From assembly GCF_000175255.2 (NCBI RefSeq), contig NC_017262.1, positions 1,800,001-1,832,000 on the forward strand: DNA of 32,000 nucleotides. Reading direction: 5' to 3'. Position 1 is the first letter of the stretch, and each line of letters starts with the position of its first letter. This document shows, one piece after another, positions 10,357 through 19,456 of the stretch. The translations under genes and the position numbers were made by a program. A model generated the notes under the pieces. That model did not search any database, had not been told where the DNA came from, and worked only from the letters and a program-made list of their open reading frames with translations. Source of the DNA: Zymomonas mobilis subsp. mobilis ATCC 10988. Lineage in GTDB: Bacteria; Pseudomonadota; Alphaproteobacteria; Sphingomonadales; Sphingomonadaceae.

Positions 10357-10824
10357 TTAAAGGCTGGCTGAAAATTCGGACAGTATTTTTTCGTAAAGCG
10401 GTTTTTTGAAAGCAACGATCAAATCGGGTAACTGCTTGGGTTCAACCCATTTCCATGCCCGAAATTCCGGTTTATCCGTGTTGATATTGATATCTTCATC
10501 CCGTCCCAAATAACGGGCAAGAAACCATAATTGCCGCTGACCGCGATATTTGTTCTTAAAAAAAGAAGCCTGTAAATCCGCTGGAAAATCATAGGTCAGC
10601 CATTCTTTGGTATGGCTAATAATGGCAACCATGCGCGGCGGAATACCGGTTTCTTCTTCTAATTCACGCAAAACGCCGACCTCTGGCGTTTCTTTTGCTT
10701 CCAATCCCCCCTGAGGCATCTGCCATGCCTCTTCTTTCATGTCATTTCTACAGGCAGCAAAGACAAGATTGTCTTTATTTAATAACATGATACCCACGCC
10801 AGACCGGTATTCAAGATTATCCAT
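10357..10824 (-). CDS. rppH: RNA pyrophosphohydrolase (Nudix hydrolase)
   Basis: It has the Nudix box GGLEAKETPEVGVLRELEEETG and RppH-like context (YRSGVGIMLLN…WQMPQGG…QRQLWFL). Confidence 0.88.
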   Translation of the reverse strand: MDNLEYRSGVGIMLLNKDNLVFAACRNDMKEEAWQMPQGGLEAKETPEVGVLRELEEETGIPPRMVAIISHTKEWLTYDFPADLQASFFKNKYRGQRQLWFLARYLGRDEDININTDKPEFRAWKWVEPKQLPDLIVAFKKPLYEKILSEFSASL

Positions 10825-10890
10825 CGGCTCTTCCTTTTATTTCCAAGTAATGAGGCTAAAATAACACGAAATAAAATCGCTTATTTCTAT

Positions 10891-11595
10891 TTATAATTTG
10901 CCTTGCCATCCATTCGCATAATCTTGAACGATCATGGTAACAATAGCCTTGGCGACCTCATCGGGCGAGCGCAACAAATCGGCCTTTTCATCGGGAAAAG
11001 CGCGCTTTCGTCCTTCTGTTGCTACCGCTTCTAATTCAGCCAAAGCGACTTTGATAGTATCCCGTTCCGCGTTTTCTGCTCCATAAGACAGTAATATCGC
11101 CTCCATCGCCATTTTGGAGGCATAGTAACTGCCATTATAGGGGTAGGGCGCTTGGCTCTTGGGAAGGGTTAAACCGACGATATGCGCGGATCGGCTTTCT
11201 TGAATAAGTGGATCAAAACGGCTCAATAAATCTTGTGTCGCTAACGCATTGACCGCCAACATCTGTTGAAGGGCGGGGGATGCCGCCGCAATAGAAGGCT
11301 GTGCCTCATATCGGGCAGCCGCAAAAACCATAATGTCCAAAGCAGGCCATCTACCCGAAATAGCCGCCGCTAAATGATGGCAACTGCCCGAATTCGTAAT
11401 ATCCAACGGGGCAATCGTCGCTGATCCGCCTTTTTGATAAATCTGTTCTTCGACTTTATCGAGATCGGTTGCCGTTCTCGCAACCAGAATGACATGCGCC
11501 CCCGCTTCAGCCAACGCTTTGGCGGTTGCCGCACCAATCCCGCGACTGGCACCGGTGACAAGGGCAATTTGATCGGAAAGAGGTCGATGGGTCAT
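10891..11595 (-). CDS. Short-chain dehydrogenase/reductase (SDR) family oxidoreductase
   Basis: It has the N-terminal cofactor motif ALVTGASRGIGAATAKALAEAGAHV and a YxxxK-type catalytic segment (YYASK). The specific substrate cannot be inferred. Confidence 0.8.
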   Translation of the reverse strand: MTHRPLSDQIALVTGASRGIGAATAKALAEAGAHVILVARTATDLDKVEEQIYQKGGSATIAPLDITNSGSCHHLAAAISGRWPALDIMVFAAARYEAQPSIAAASPALQQMLAVNALATQDLLSRFDPLIQESRSAHIVGLTLPKSQAPYPYNGSYYASKMAMEAILLSYGAENAERDTIKVALAELEAVATEGRKRAFPDEKADLLRSPDEVAKAIVTMIVQDYANGWQGKL

Positions 11596-11915
11596 AGGCT
11601 TCTTATGGTTAAAATATCATTTCAATAAAATGAATAAAAAATTTTCTAACAAAATAGAAAATAAGAAAAATACATTTCCCTATTTTCATAAGAGCCATAA
11701 AAAGAAATGAAAAACAGATTCCGCCAATAACTCAAAATGACGGAGCAAGCGTTACTTTTTAACCGCTATTTTGAAACCACAAATAATCTTATTCTGGTCG
11801 GAATAACTAAAAAGAGAAAACAGAGAAGAAAAAGAAGTACCGGCGACATATTTTGAGAACAGAATAGCCTCCGATAAAACAGCCCCCAACCATGAAACAG
11901 AACAACACTTAAATA

Positions 11916-12426
11916 AGTACAATCTACCTATGCGGCAGTGAACGGGAATGATGGAGCCGGATCAGGCTGGGATATTTTCTAAGCTGCCTGTGCGGCAGTG
12001 AACAGCTATTTTGCTTAAGCGCAATCTCATCATGGGTTTCTAAGCTGCCTGTGCGGCAGTGAACAAGCGATGGGGTCGTATCTGCATTTTCTGTTATTTT
12101 CTAAGCTGCCTGTGCGGCAGTGAACTCGTCGCGCCACTGTCGCCGACCATCCCTTCAGTTTCTAAGCTGCCTGTGCGGCAGTGAACGATTTGGCTGACCG
12201 GTTACATGATCTCGATGCTTTCTAAGCTGCCTGTGCGGCAGTGAACACGGTTGACCATGTTGGTGACCAGACTTTTACTTTCTAAGCTGCCTGTGCGGCA
12301 GTGAACTTTTAAGGAGCGGGGTAAAACTACCCCGTTTTTTTCTAAGCTGCCTGTGCGGCAGTGAACTTCAGACGATTATCCAAGGGAGTTTAAGCGGTTT
12401 TCTAAGCTGCCTGTGCGGCAGTGAAC
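11916..12426 (-). CRISPR. CRISPR array, type I-F-style 28-nt repeat, 9 repeats / 8 spacers, transcribed on the minus strand
   Basis: Eight identical copies of TTTCTAAGCTGCCTGTGCGGCAGTGAAC (+ strand) begin at 11976, 12037, 12098, 12159, 12219, 12279, 12339 and 12399. The reverse complement is GTTCACTGCCGCACAGGCAGCTTAGAAA, the I-F consensus form. One degenerate copy lies at 11916..11943 and matches 19 of 28 positions. Spacers are 32-33 nt and all unique. The degenerate repeat at the left end and the I-F repeat orientation place the leader on the right. Confidence 0.97.
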
Positions 12427-12428
12427 TA

Positions 12429-13275
12429 GGCTCAGGACCTGTTAATTTCTTGAGTTGAGCGGGCTGTTGTGATTCACAGGTTTACCGATGGAGGTGAAGC
12501 TGTGAGTGACGTGTTTTTGCTGTCTGAGCACCAGATGGAACGGATTAAGCCGTTTTTTCCACTGGCGCATGGTGTGCCGCGTGTCGATGACCGTCGTGTC
12601 CTGAGCGGGATCGTTTACGTGATCCGCAACGGCCTTCAGTGGAAAGACGCCCCGAAAGCGTATGGCCCGCACAAGACTTTATACAACCGGTTTATCCGGT
12701 GGAGCCGCCTGGGTGTCTTTGACCGGATCTTCGTCGCCCTGACGGAGCAGGCAGGCCGTTCGAAGCGTCTGATGATCGATGCAACACATCTGAAAGCACA
12801 CCGGACAGCGGCCTCCCTGCTCAAAAAGGGGCTTTTCCCCGCCATATCGGACGCACGAAAGGCGGACTGAACTCAAAGCTTCACGCTGTATGCGATAGTC
12901 AGGGCCGCCCTGTCCGGCTGCATCTGACCGCAGGTCAGGTCAGTGACTTCAAAGGCGCGGATGTTCTGCTGGCAAATCTGCCGGAAGAAACACAAGAAAT
13001 TCTCGGGGACCGGGGATACGACAGTAATAAAATCAGACAGTCTCTCGCAGACCGGAATATCACCGCCTGTATTCCGCCGAAGAAGAACCGGAAATCAAAG
13101 CCGCCTTACGACTGGCATCTGTATAAAAAGCGTCACCTCATCGAAAATATGTTCGCAAAGCTCAAAGACTGGCGGCGTGTCGCAACACGATACGACCGGT
13201 GCGCTCACACATTCATGTCAGCAATCCATATCGCAGCAAGTTTCATCTTCTATCTCAAAGAATGAGTCCTGAGCC
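12429..13275 (+). mobile_element. IS5-family insertion sequence (IS427/IS1031-like size class, ~845-847 bp)
   Basis: The terminal inverted repeats are GGCTCAGGAC (12429/12430…) and GTCCTGAGCC (…13275). They are flanked by duplicated TA, or equally by CTAG because the site is palindromic. Removing the element restores …GTGAAC-TA-GAGTAAATAATT. It encodes a two-frame DDE transposase. Confidence 0.9.
12502..13265 (+). CDS. IS5-family DDE transposase, produced by a -1 ribosomal frameshift (or a frameshifted pseudogene)
   Basis: Frame 1 gives MSDVFLLSEHQMERIKPFFP…GVPRVDDRRVLSGIVYVIRNGLQWKDAPKAYGPHKTLYNRFIRWSRLGVFDRIF…LKAHRTAASLLKKG. The GTG at 12502 is preceded by GGAGG. The -1 frame is open from 12723 to the TGA at 13263..13265 and has no usable ATG. 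It gives …AFPRHIGRTKGGLNSKLHAVCDSQGRPVRLHLTAGQVSDFKGADVLL…GDRGYDSNKIRQSL…YKKRHLIENMFAKLKDWRRVATRYDR…. An A5G run at 12823..12828 lies in the frame overlap. Confidence 0.85.
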
Positions 13276-13450
13276 TAGAGTAAATAATTAAAAATCCCCC
13301 TAAATGAAAGGAATATCGGGCAAAAATAGCCAAATAACCCTAAAAATAGAGCCTATTTTTAACCTATTGATTTTAAAGGATTTTTTTTGCATGCCCAAAA
13401 AAGAGGGTCAAATAAAGGGTCAAAAAGACTTCACGATGTCAAAAAACAGA
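13276..13450 (-). promoter_or_regulatory. Putative displaced CRISPR leader (AT-rich)
   Basis: This sequence would abut the first repeat if the IS were removed. It is strongly AT-rich and non-coding. It contains a perfect IHF consensus on the array's strand. The extent is approximate. Confidence 0.45.
13360..13372 (-). promoter_or_regulatory. IHF consensus site (WATCAANNNNTTR)
   Basis: The minus strand reads AATCAATAGGTTA, a full match to WATCAANNNNTTR. It lies ~85-95 bp from the reconstructed leader-repeat junction. Confidence 0.4.
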
Positions 13451-13694
13451 TCGCGATCTTAACGCTTCTTTTGGCTTTTACAAAAGGAAACGATCGGAAA
13501 TTATGGCAAGAATGAAATTAGGTTATCTATTTACCCCATATCCTACCGATCATAATTATTCCGATTGACCCATAAAAACCTCATTCTCACTGTCTCCTTT
13601 GCAAAAGGAATAGGCCTTTTTATCTCGACTTCTAGAATAGAAAAAAGCCTAAAATTGGCCGCTTAAAACTTACTTCTCGTCAATAATCATCAAT

Positions 13695-13722
13695 AAAAAA
13701 GGGAGCCTTTTCACGGACTCCC
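13695..13722 (-). terminator. Rho-independent terminator downstream of purF
   Basis: The minus strand reads GGGAGTCCGTGAAAAGGCTCCC followed by TTTTTT. It lies ~30 nt after the purF stop codon. Confidence 0.7.
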
Positions 13723-13750
13723 TCTTTCAAATCTCAATATATTTGAGCGA

Positions 13751-15277
13751 TTAGGCGATAGCCACCTGTTCGGATAAACGAACCAGTTGTTCGCTAGCAC
13801 CCAATTCGCCAAGATCGGTCAGGGGCGTGGGATAGGCACCCGTAAAGCAAGCATCACAATATTGCGGCTGAGCATCATTGCGACCCTCTTCACCGACCGC
13901 ACGATAAAGGCCATCCATCGAAATAAAAGCTAAACTATCAGCGCCGATATATTCTGCCATCTGTTCGACAGTCATTTTAGCCGCCAACAATTTTGCCCGC
14001 TCCGGCGTATCTACACCATAAAAACAGCTATGACGGGTCGGTGGGCTGGCAATCCGCAAATGGATTTCCTTGGCACCCGCATCCCGAAGCATTCTGATGA
14101 TTTTGACGCTGGTTGTGCCTCTGACAATAGAGTCATCAACTAGAACCAACTTCTTGCCTTTAATCAAGGCACGGTTGGCATTGTGCTTCAGCTTCACGCC
14201 CAAATGACGGACTTGATCGCCCGGCTGAATAAAGGTGCGTCCAACATAATGGGAACGGATAATACCCAATTCAAACGGCAAAGAAGATTGCTGGGCATAA
14301 CCGATAGCGGCAGGCGTTCCTGAATCTGGCACAGGAATAACCATATCGGCATCAACCGGATTTTCGCGCGCCAATTCGATCCCGATAGATTTCCGAACGG
14401 AATAAACCGAGGTGCTACCGATCAAAGAATCCGGTCTCGAAAAATAGACATGCTCGAAAATGCAGGGGCGAGGCTTCTGCTTTTTAAAGGGATGAATAGA
14501 TTGCAGCCCTTTTTCCGAAATAATAATCAGCTCACCCGGTTCGACCTGACGGATATAGGTTCCGCCAATAATATCGAGAGCAACCGTTTCGGAAGCGACA
14601 ACAAAAGTTTCCCCGACTTTACCGAGAACCAGCGGGCGAATACCCAGCGGATCACGACAGGCAATCATGCCTTCCGGCGTCAGACAGACGAGAGAATAAG
14701 CGCCCTCAACCTGTTTTAAAGCATCAATGAATCGGTCTAACAGGCTGCGATAGCTTGAGGTCGCAACCAGATGGATAATCGTTTCAGTATCCGACGTGGA
14801 TTGAAAGATAGATCCATGACGCACCAACTGATGGCGCAAAGTTTCGGCATTGGAAATATTGCCGTTATGAGCAATCGCAAATCCGCCCGAAACCAGTTCG
14901 GCATAAAGCGGCTGAACATTGCACAAGGTGCTGGCACCGGTGGTTGCATAGCGGACATGGCCGATAGCACATGATCCGGGCAAGCTGCGGATAGCATCGT
15001 CACGGTCAAAGTTACCCGCAACGTGACCAACAGCACGACGGGAGTGGAAATTTTTCCCATCCCAGCTGGTGATACCGGCGGCTTCCTGTCCGCGATGCTG
15101 TAAAGCATGTAGTCCGAGAGCTACGACGGCAGCGGCTGTATCTGCGCCCCAAATACCGAAAACACCACATTCTTCATGAAGGGTATCATCAGATGCCCCA
15201 TTATCTAAAGATTCAGTTGTCGTCGTCAGGGTAGAGATAGAGTCGGAAAAGAGTTCGCTCGAAAGGCTAGGCGACAT
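13751..15277 (-). CDS. purF: Amidophosphoribosyltransferase
   Basis: The Ntn-amidotransferase nucleophile context is …HEECGVFGIWG. It has a PRTase motif (LVLVDDSIVRGTT). The C-terminal Cys ligands (…YCDACFTGAYP) are typical of the [4Fe-4S] class. Confidence 0.95.
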   Translation of the reverse strand: MSPSLSSELFSDSISTLTTTTESLDNGASDDTLHEECGVFGIWGADTAAAVVALGLHALQHRGQEAAGITSWDGKNFHSRRAVGHVAGNFDRDDAIRSLPGSCAIGHVRYATTGASTLCNVQPLYAELVSGGFAIAHNGNISNAETLRHQLVRHGSIFQSTSDTETIIHLVATSSYRSLLDRFIDALKQVEGAYSLVCLTPEGMIACRDPLGIRPLVLGKVGETFVVASETVALDIIGGTYIRQVEPGELIIISEKGLQSIHPFKKQKPRPCIFEHVYFSRPDSLIGSTSVYSVRKSIGIELARENPVDADMVIPVPDSGTPAAIGYAQQSSLPFELGIIRSHYVGRTFIQPGDQVRHLGVKLKHNANRALIKGKKLVLVDDSIVRGTTSVKIIRMLRDAGAKEIHLRIASPPTRHSCFYGVDTPERAKLLAAKMTVEQMAEYIGADSLAFISMDGLYRAVGEEGRNDAQPQYCDACFTGAYPTPLTDLGELGASEQLVRLSEQVAIA

Positions 15278-15699
15278 ATTTCAATCCGGCTGAAATTATC
15301 AGGTTGGGGGATAATACGCTTTTTTAACGGATTTGTCCTCCCCATTCTGATTAATTTTTAAGCAACGATTTCCAAGAAAAAAGGAGGCCACTTTACTGAT
15401 ATAAGATAATCACAGCGCCCATTACATAAAATCTCGTTTTTTATAATAAGCGATTGAATAATATCCCGTTTTTCTTTTCAAAAACAAAAAATCGGGAATA
15501 TTTTTGTTACTTACGCGTGATTAGGAAGCACTCAAATAGTATGACAGATTTAAGACAAACAAAAATATCTGATGCTCACCCGCTATCAGGATATAGTCTC
15601 TTTTAAAGAGAAGATACCCTGATTCTTTTTTGATTTTAAAATTTTACCGCGTTATTTTTTCATTATAGTAATCAATATTCTTTCTAAAAACCATTCTCA

Positions 15700-17088
15700 T
15701 CAAGACAAGATATGAGGCTGCGCCCAATCACATTCCTGATAGATAAAATCGAGATTTCCGGTTTGGTGATAGCGCGCCAATAATCTGTCAGAAAGGCTTT
15801 GACCGCTTTCTAAAATCTCACCTATCGGAGCCAAATAGCGGCTTTCATCCTGACCTTTGTCATTCAAAATAGCCCGTCTTTTCAAAGCGTCATTCATCAG
15901 TGGCCAAAGCTGTCGTCCCAAATCAAGCAAAGATTGGCGACCTCCAATCAGGGTTTTTAAACCTTTTTTCGGCACTTCATTCCGCAAGTTTCGATAGTCA
16001 TCCATGCTCCAGCTTTTGATAATATCTGAAGCGGTATCCAGTAATTCGGAATCGTAAAGGATGCTGATCCAAAAAGCGCTTAAAGCGGGCGACATCATCG
16101 CCGAAGCCCCATCTGCCCCTCTCATTTCAAGATAGCTTTTCAGGCGCACTTCAGGAAAAGCCGTAGAAAGATGGTCAACCCAATCTGATAATATTGGCTT
16201 TTCGTTGGGGAGGGCAGGTAACTCGCCCCTCAAGAAAGCGCGGAAATCCTGACCAGACGCATCAATATAGCGGCCATCCCGATAGACGAAATACATTGGA
16301 ACCGACAGCATATAGTCAATATAGCGTTCATAGCCGAAATCATCATCAAAGACGAAAGGCAAAATACCCGTGCGATGGGGATCAGTATCCGTCCATATAT
16401 GGCTGCGATAGGATGAAAAGCCGTTAGGGCGTCCTTCCAAAAAAGGCGAATTAGCAAAAAGAGCGGTTGCCAAAGGCTGTAATGCCAAGGAAACTCGAAA
16501 TTTTTTGACCATATCCGCTTCGCTGCCATAATCGATATTGGATTGAATAGTGCAGGTGCGAAGCATCATATCCAGACCGAGCTTGCCAACTTTTGGCATA
16601 TATTTGGTCATGATTTTATAACGGCCTTTAGGCATTAAAGGCAGGTCGCTACGCTTTTTGTCAGGCCAAAGACCCAATCCCAAAAAGCCTAATCCTAATT
16701 CATCGCCAACTTCTTGTGTTTGCTGGATATGGCGACATATTTCGTCATAGCTTTCATGGATAGTGCTACGAGGCGCGCCCGAAAGTTCAAACTGGCCTGC
16801 TGGTTCAAGGCTGATCGCGCCGTCATCTCCACTTAGGCCGATAATTTTATCATTTTCGTAAATCGGCTGCCAACCAAAGCGGGTAAATCCTTGTAACAGA
16901 TCACAAATGCCGCCTTTTTCTTCATAGGAAGGGGCTTGATGGTTCTGTTTTTTATAAACCAGTTTTTCATGCTCTGTGCCAACGCGCCATTGCGCCTTCG
17001 GTTTTTCACCAGCCTGAAAAATCCGTAAGAGATCATCGCGACTTTCAATCGGATGATTTTGGCTGCTGGATGTCTGACGCGTGCTCAT
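15700..17088 (-). CDS. gshA: Glutamate--cysteine ligase (plant/alphaproteobacterial type)
   Basis: It matches the GCL family-2 pattern along its length (WRVGTEHEKLVY…, …GAISLEPAGQFELSGAP…, …CTIQSNIDY…). The track start at 17115 is TTG. I prefer the ATG at 17088 (MSTRQT…). Confidence 0.88.
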   Translation of the reverse strand: MSTRQTSSSQNHPIESRDDLLRIFQAGEKPKAQWRVGTEHEKLVYKKQNHQAPSYEEKGGICDLLQGFTRFGWQPIYENDKIIGLSGDDGAISLEPAGQFELSGAPRSTIHESYDEICRHIQQTQEVGDELGLGFLGLGLWPDKKRSDLPLMPKGRYKIMTKYMPKVGKLGLDMMLRTCTIQSNIDYGSEADMVKKFRVSLALQPLATALFANSPFLEGRPNGFSSYRSHIWTDTDPHRTGILPFVFDDDFGYERYIDYMLSVPMYFVYRDGRYIDASGQDFRAFLRGELPALPNEKPILSDWVDHLSTAFPEVRLKSYLEMRGADGASAMMSPALSAFWISILYDSELLDTASDIIKSWSMDDYRNLRNEVPKKGLKTLIGGRQSLLDLGRQLWPLMNDALKRRAILNDKGQDESRYLAPIGEILESGQSLSDRLLARYHQTGNLDFIYQECDWAQPHILS

Positions 17089-17394
17089 AACACAAGATAT
17101 AGTCCCTCTATCCAAAGGCTGCCAATCTATTTAGTCGCAACTTTTAGTCCGCTCTGATAGATTTTTTCTATAGATGGATTGAATTATACTAGAGTGAAAA
17201 TTATTATTTAAAGGCATAGCAAGGATATTGCTTTGTTGCCGCCTGATCTTCGGATTTCCCCGAAATGGATCGCACTCCCCAACGGGCTTGAACAAAGCCT
17301 ATCAAAAAACACGCATCCCGCACCATATCAAGGCAAGATATTAGGCCGCTTTCAGTAAATCTTTTCTGATAATGCTATCTTTTACCAATGGTTT

Positions 17395-18165
17395 TTACAG
17401 ATTGGCCTGTCTTGGTTGTTTTTGCCAATCTCCGGCGGCGGCCATCCATAAAGCAGTTGCTGCAATAGCCGCCGTATCCGCTCTAAGAATACGGGGGCCT
17501 AAAGATACCGGAACGGCTTGTTTTACGGCGTTAATCATGTCCCGTTCTTGATCGGTGAAACCTCCCTCAGGACCCACCAAAATAGCCGCCGCCATTTTCC
17601 TTTTGGAAAGGGCTTCAATCATAGGTTCGCCACCCGTCTCATCAGCAAAGAAAAGCGCCCGATCTTCCGGCCATTCCGCTAACAGAGATTTTAAAGAACA
17701 GGCCTCTGTCACTTCTGATAGGCTGGTTCGACCGCATTGTTCTGCGGCTTCGACAATATGTGCCTGTAATCTTTCAAGATTGACCCGATCGACAATTGTC
17801 CGCTGAGTTATAACCGGTGTGATGCGAGCTACACCTAATTCACAGGCCTTCTCATAAATCCAATCAATCCGGCCTTTTTTAATAGGCGCGGTCAATAGCC
17901 ATAAGTCAGGAATAGATTCTTTTTCATTGAGATGATGCGTAATTTTCAGCTGTAAATGTTTCCGGCCAGCCTCAATCACTTCGCCCAGCCATTCGCCGGT
18001 AAGATTATCGAAAAGAACAAGCTGACTTCCCATTTTAAAACGCATAACCGACAGAAGATAATGCGCCTGCGCCCGATCAGGGGTAATAACCGCCTCCAAA
18101 GAGAGCTTTTCTTCAACATAGAGGCGGGGCAGGGTGTTTACAGGCCAAGCCGGTTCAGCGACCAT
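17395..18165 (-). CDS. rsmE: 16S rRNA (uracil1498-N3)-methyltransferase
   Basis: It has an RsmE-like N-terminal PUA-like segment (RLYVEE…HYLLSVMRFKMGSQLVLFD) and a C-terminal SPOUT segment (LVGPEGGFTDQE…LGPRILRADTAA). Confidence 0.88.
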   Translation of the reverse strand: MVAEPAWPVNTLPRLYVEEKLSLEAVITPDRAQAHYLLSVMRFKMGSQLVLFDNLTGEWLGEVIEAGRKHLQLKITHHLNEKESIPDLWLLTAPIKKGRIDWIYEKACELGVARITPVITQRTIVDRVNLERLQAHIVEAAEQCGRTSLSEVTEACSLKSLLAEWPEDRALFFADETGGEPMIEALSKRKMAAAILVGPEGGFTDQERDMINAVKQAVPVSLGPRILRADTAAIAATALWMAAAGDWQKQPRQANL

Positions 18166-18472
18166 AGGAAATTCTTCTTCTCGTTAACATCTTTGCCCTC
18201 ACCTAAAGGAAGGTCATAACGGCTTCAACCGTAATCCTTTTTCAGCTTTTTCGGCGTGGCATTCTACCAGCAAGACAATATTACAATAATGTCTATTATT
18301 TATGCTTATTGGTTTATCTTAAGCGGTTTTAAAACCGAAAAATCTTAAAATAAGGTATTGTACATATTTCAAGCCCAATAAAGGGAAGACGCGACATCTC
18401 AATAAACTGAATGCTCGCAATGCGGCGTCCAATAGAAAGGCCTTTTTACCTTTCTTTTAACATGCCCCTCAT

Positions 18473-19444
18473 CTAACCGTGCAAATAGCCAAGCCGGTCA
18501 GGCTGTTTAATCGGCTCCGCACCATAAAAAAGAGACAAGCCACTGCCTGCCGTTAATTGTCCTACCCTATATAGGTCGAATTGCTTTTCTTTGGACAGCT
18601 TTAATAGCTCTTGTCGCTTATTAGCTGCGCAAGCCATAATCAGCTGATAATCATCGCCTGCCGTTACAGCCTGTAGTCGGGTCGATTTTGTATCACCAAA
18701 ACAGCTTATCGCTTCGGATGAAAGCGGCACTCTATCCAAACGGATACGAACCGCCAAGCCGCTGGCATTGGCAATTCTCTCGGCATCAATCAGTAGACCA
18801 TCGGAAATATCAGCCATGGCATGGACATGCGGCGCTAACCAAATGCCTTCTTTTAAACGAGGCTCTGGCGAACGATAGGCCTGCACCAATTTTTCTTGAG
18901 CCGAATGGTTGATATTTTTTTTCTGTTTAAGAAGATTCAATCCAAAACCAGCATCACCAATAGGCGAGGTCACCCATAACTCGTCACCTTCTTTGGCCGC
19001 GCGCCGATCAGGCACACCACAAGACGGCGCAAGACCAATCACGGTCATTGCCGAAAAATGACCCGTATGCCGGGGAACCGCGACGGTATCACCGCCTAAT
19101 AAAGGAAGGTTATATTGATGACAGACAGATTCCAGACCTTTTAAAAAAGCCTGATCCCATTTGTAATCGGGGCCCAAACTATAGCCCATCAAAGCCCCGA
19201 TAGGCTTTGCCCCTTTGGCTGCCAGATCAGAAAGATTAACGCCGACCAGCTTTTGTGCGACAGTTTCCGGCGGATCACTGGGGAAATAATGGACATTTTC
19301 CACAATAATATCATGGGACAACACCAAATCACCCGATGGGCGAGGCAGAACCGCCGCATCATCGGACAGATTTCGGGCGGCCGGATCTCCGGCAATCTGG
19401 CGTAACGCCGTGATAAAAGCCTGTTCCCGACCGGACATTGTCAT
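18473..19444 (-). CDS. thiL: Thiamine-monophosphate kinase
   Basis: It has PurM-superfamily/ThiL motifs (GDDAAVL-like DDAAVL…, DIIVENVHYF, LSDLAAKGA, DISDGL). Confidence 0.9.
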   Translation of the reverse strand: MTMSGREQAFITALRQIAGDPAARNLSDDAAVLPRPSGDLVLSHDIIVENVHYFPSDPPETVAQKLVGVNLSDLAAKGAKPIGALMGYSLGPDYKWDQAFLKGLESVCHQYNLPLLGGDTVAVPRHTGHFSAMTVIGLAPSCGVPDRRAAKEGDELWVTSPIGDAGFGLNLLKQKKNINHSAQEKLVQAYRSPEPRLKEGIWLAPHVHAMADISDGLLIDAERIANASGLAVRIRLDRVPLSSEAISCFGDTKSTRLQAVTAGDDYQLIMACAANKRQELLKLSKEKQFDLYRVGQLTAGSGLSLFYGAEPIKQPDRLGYLHG

Positions 19445-19456
19445 CCCTATGATATA

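Noticed and set aside
12943-13272. 109-aa ORF (+) inside the IS element
   Set aside because: It is in the wrong frame. The frame that encodes recognisable DDE-transposase sequence is the -1 frame relative to orfA, open from 12723 to 13265. This ORF's product is low-complexity S/T/R-rich sequence.
15455-15510. Long imperfect A/T hairpin (ATATCCCGTTTTTCTTTTCAAAAACAAAAAATCGGGAATAT) and a TCTCTTTTAAAGAGA palindrome (~15596..15612) between gshA and purF
   Set aside because: The stems are mostly A:T with bulges. The first lies ~200 nt from the gshA stop and is not followed by a T-tract on the gshA strand. They may be weak terminator or promoter-region structures, but nothing specific can be supported.
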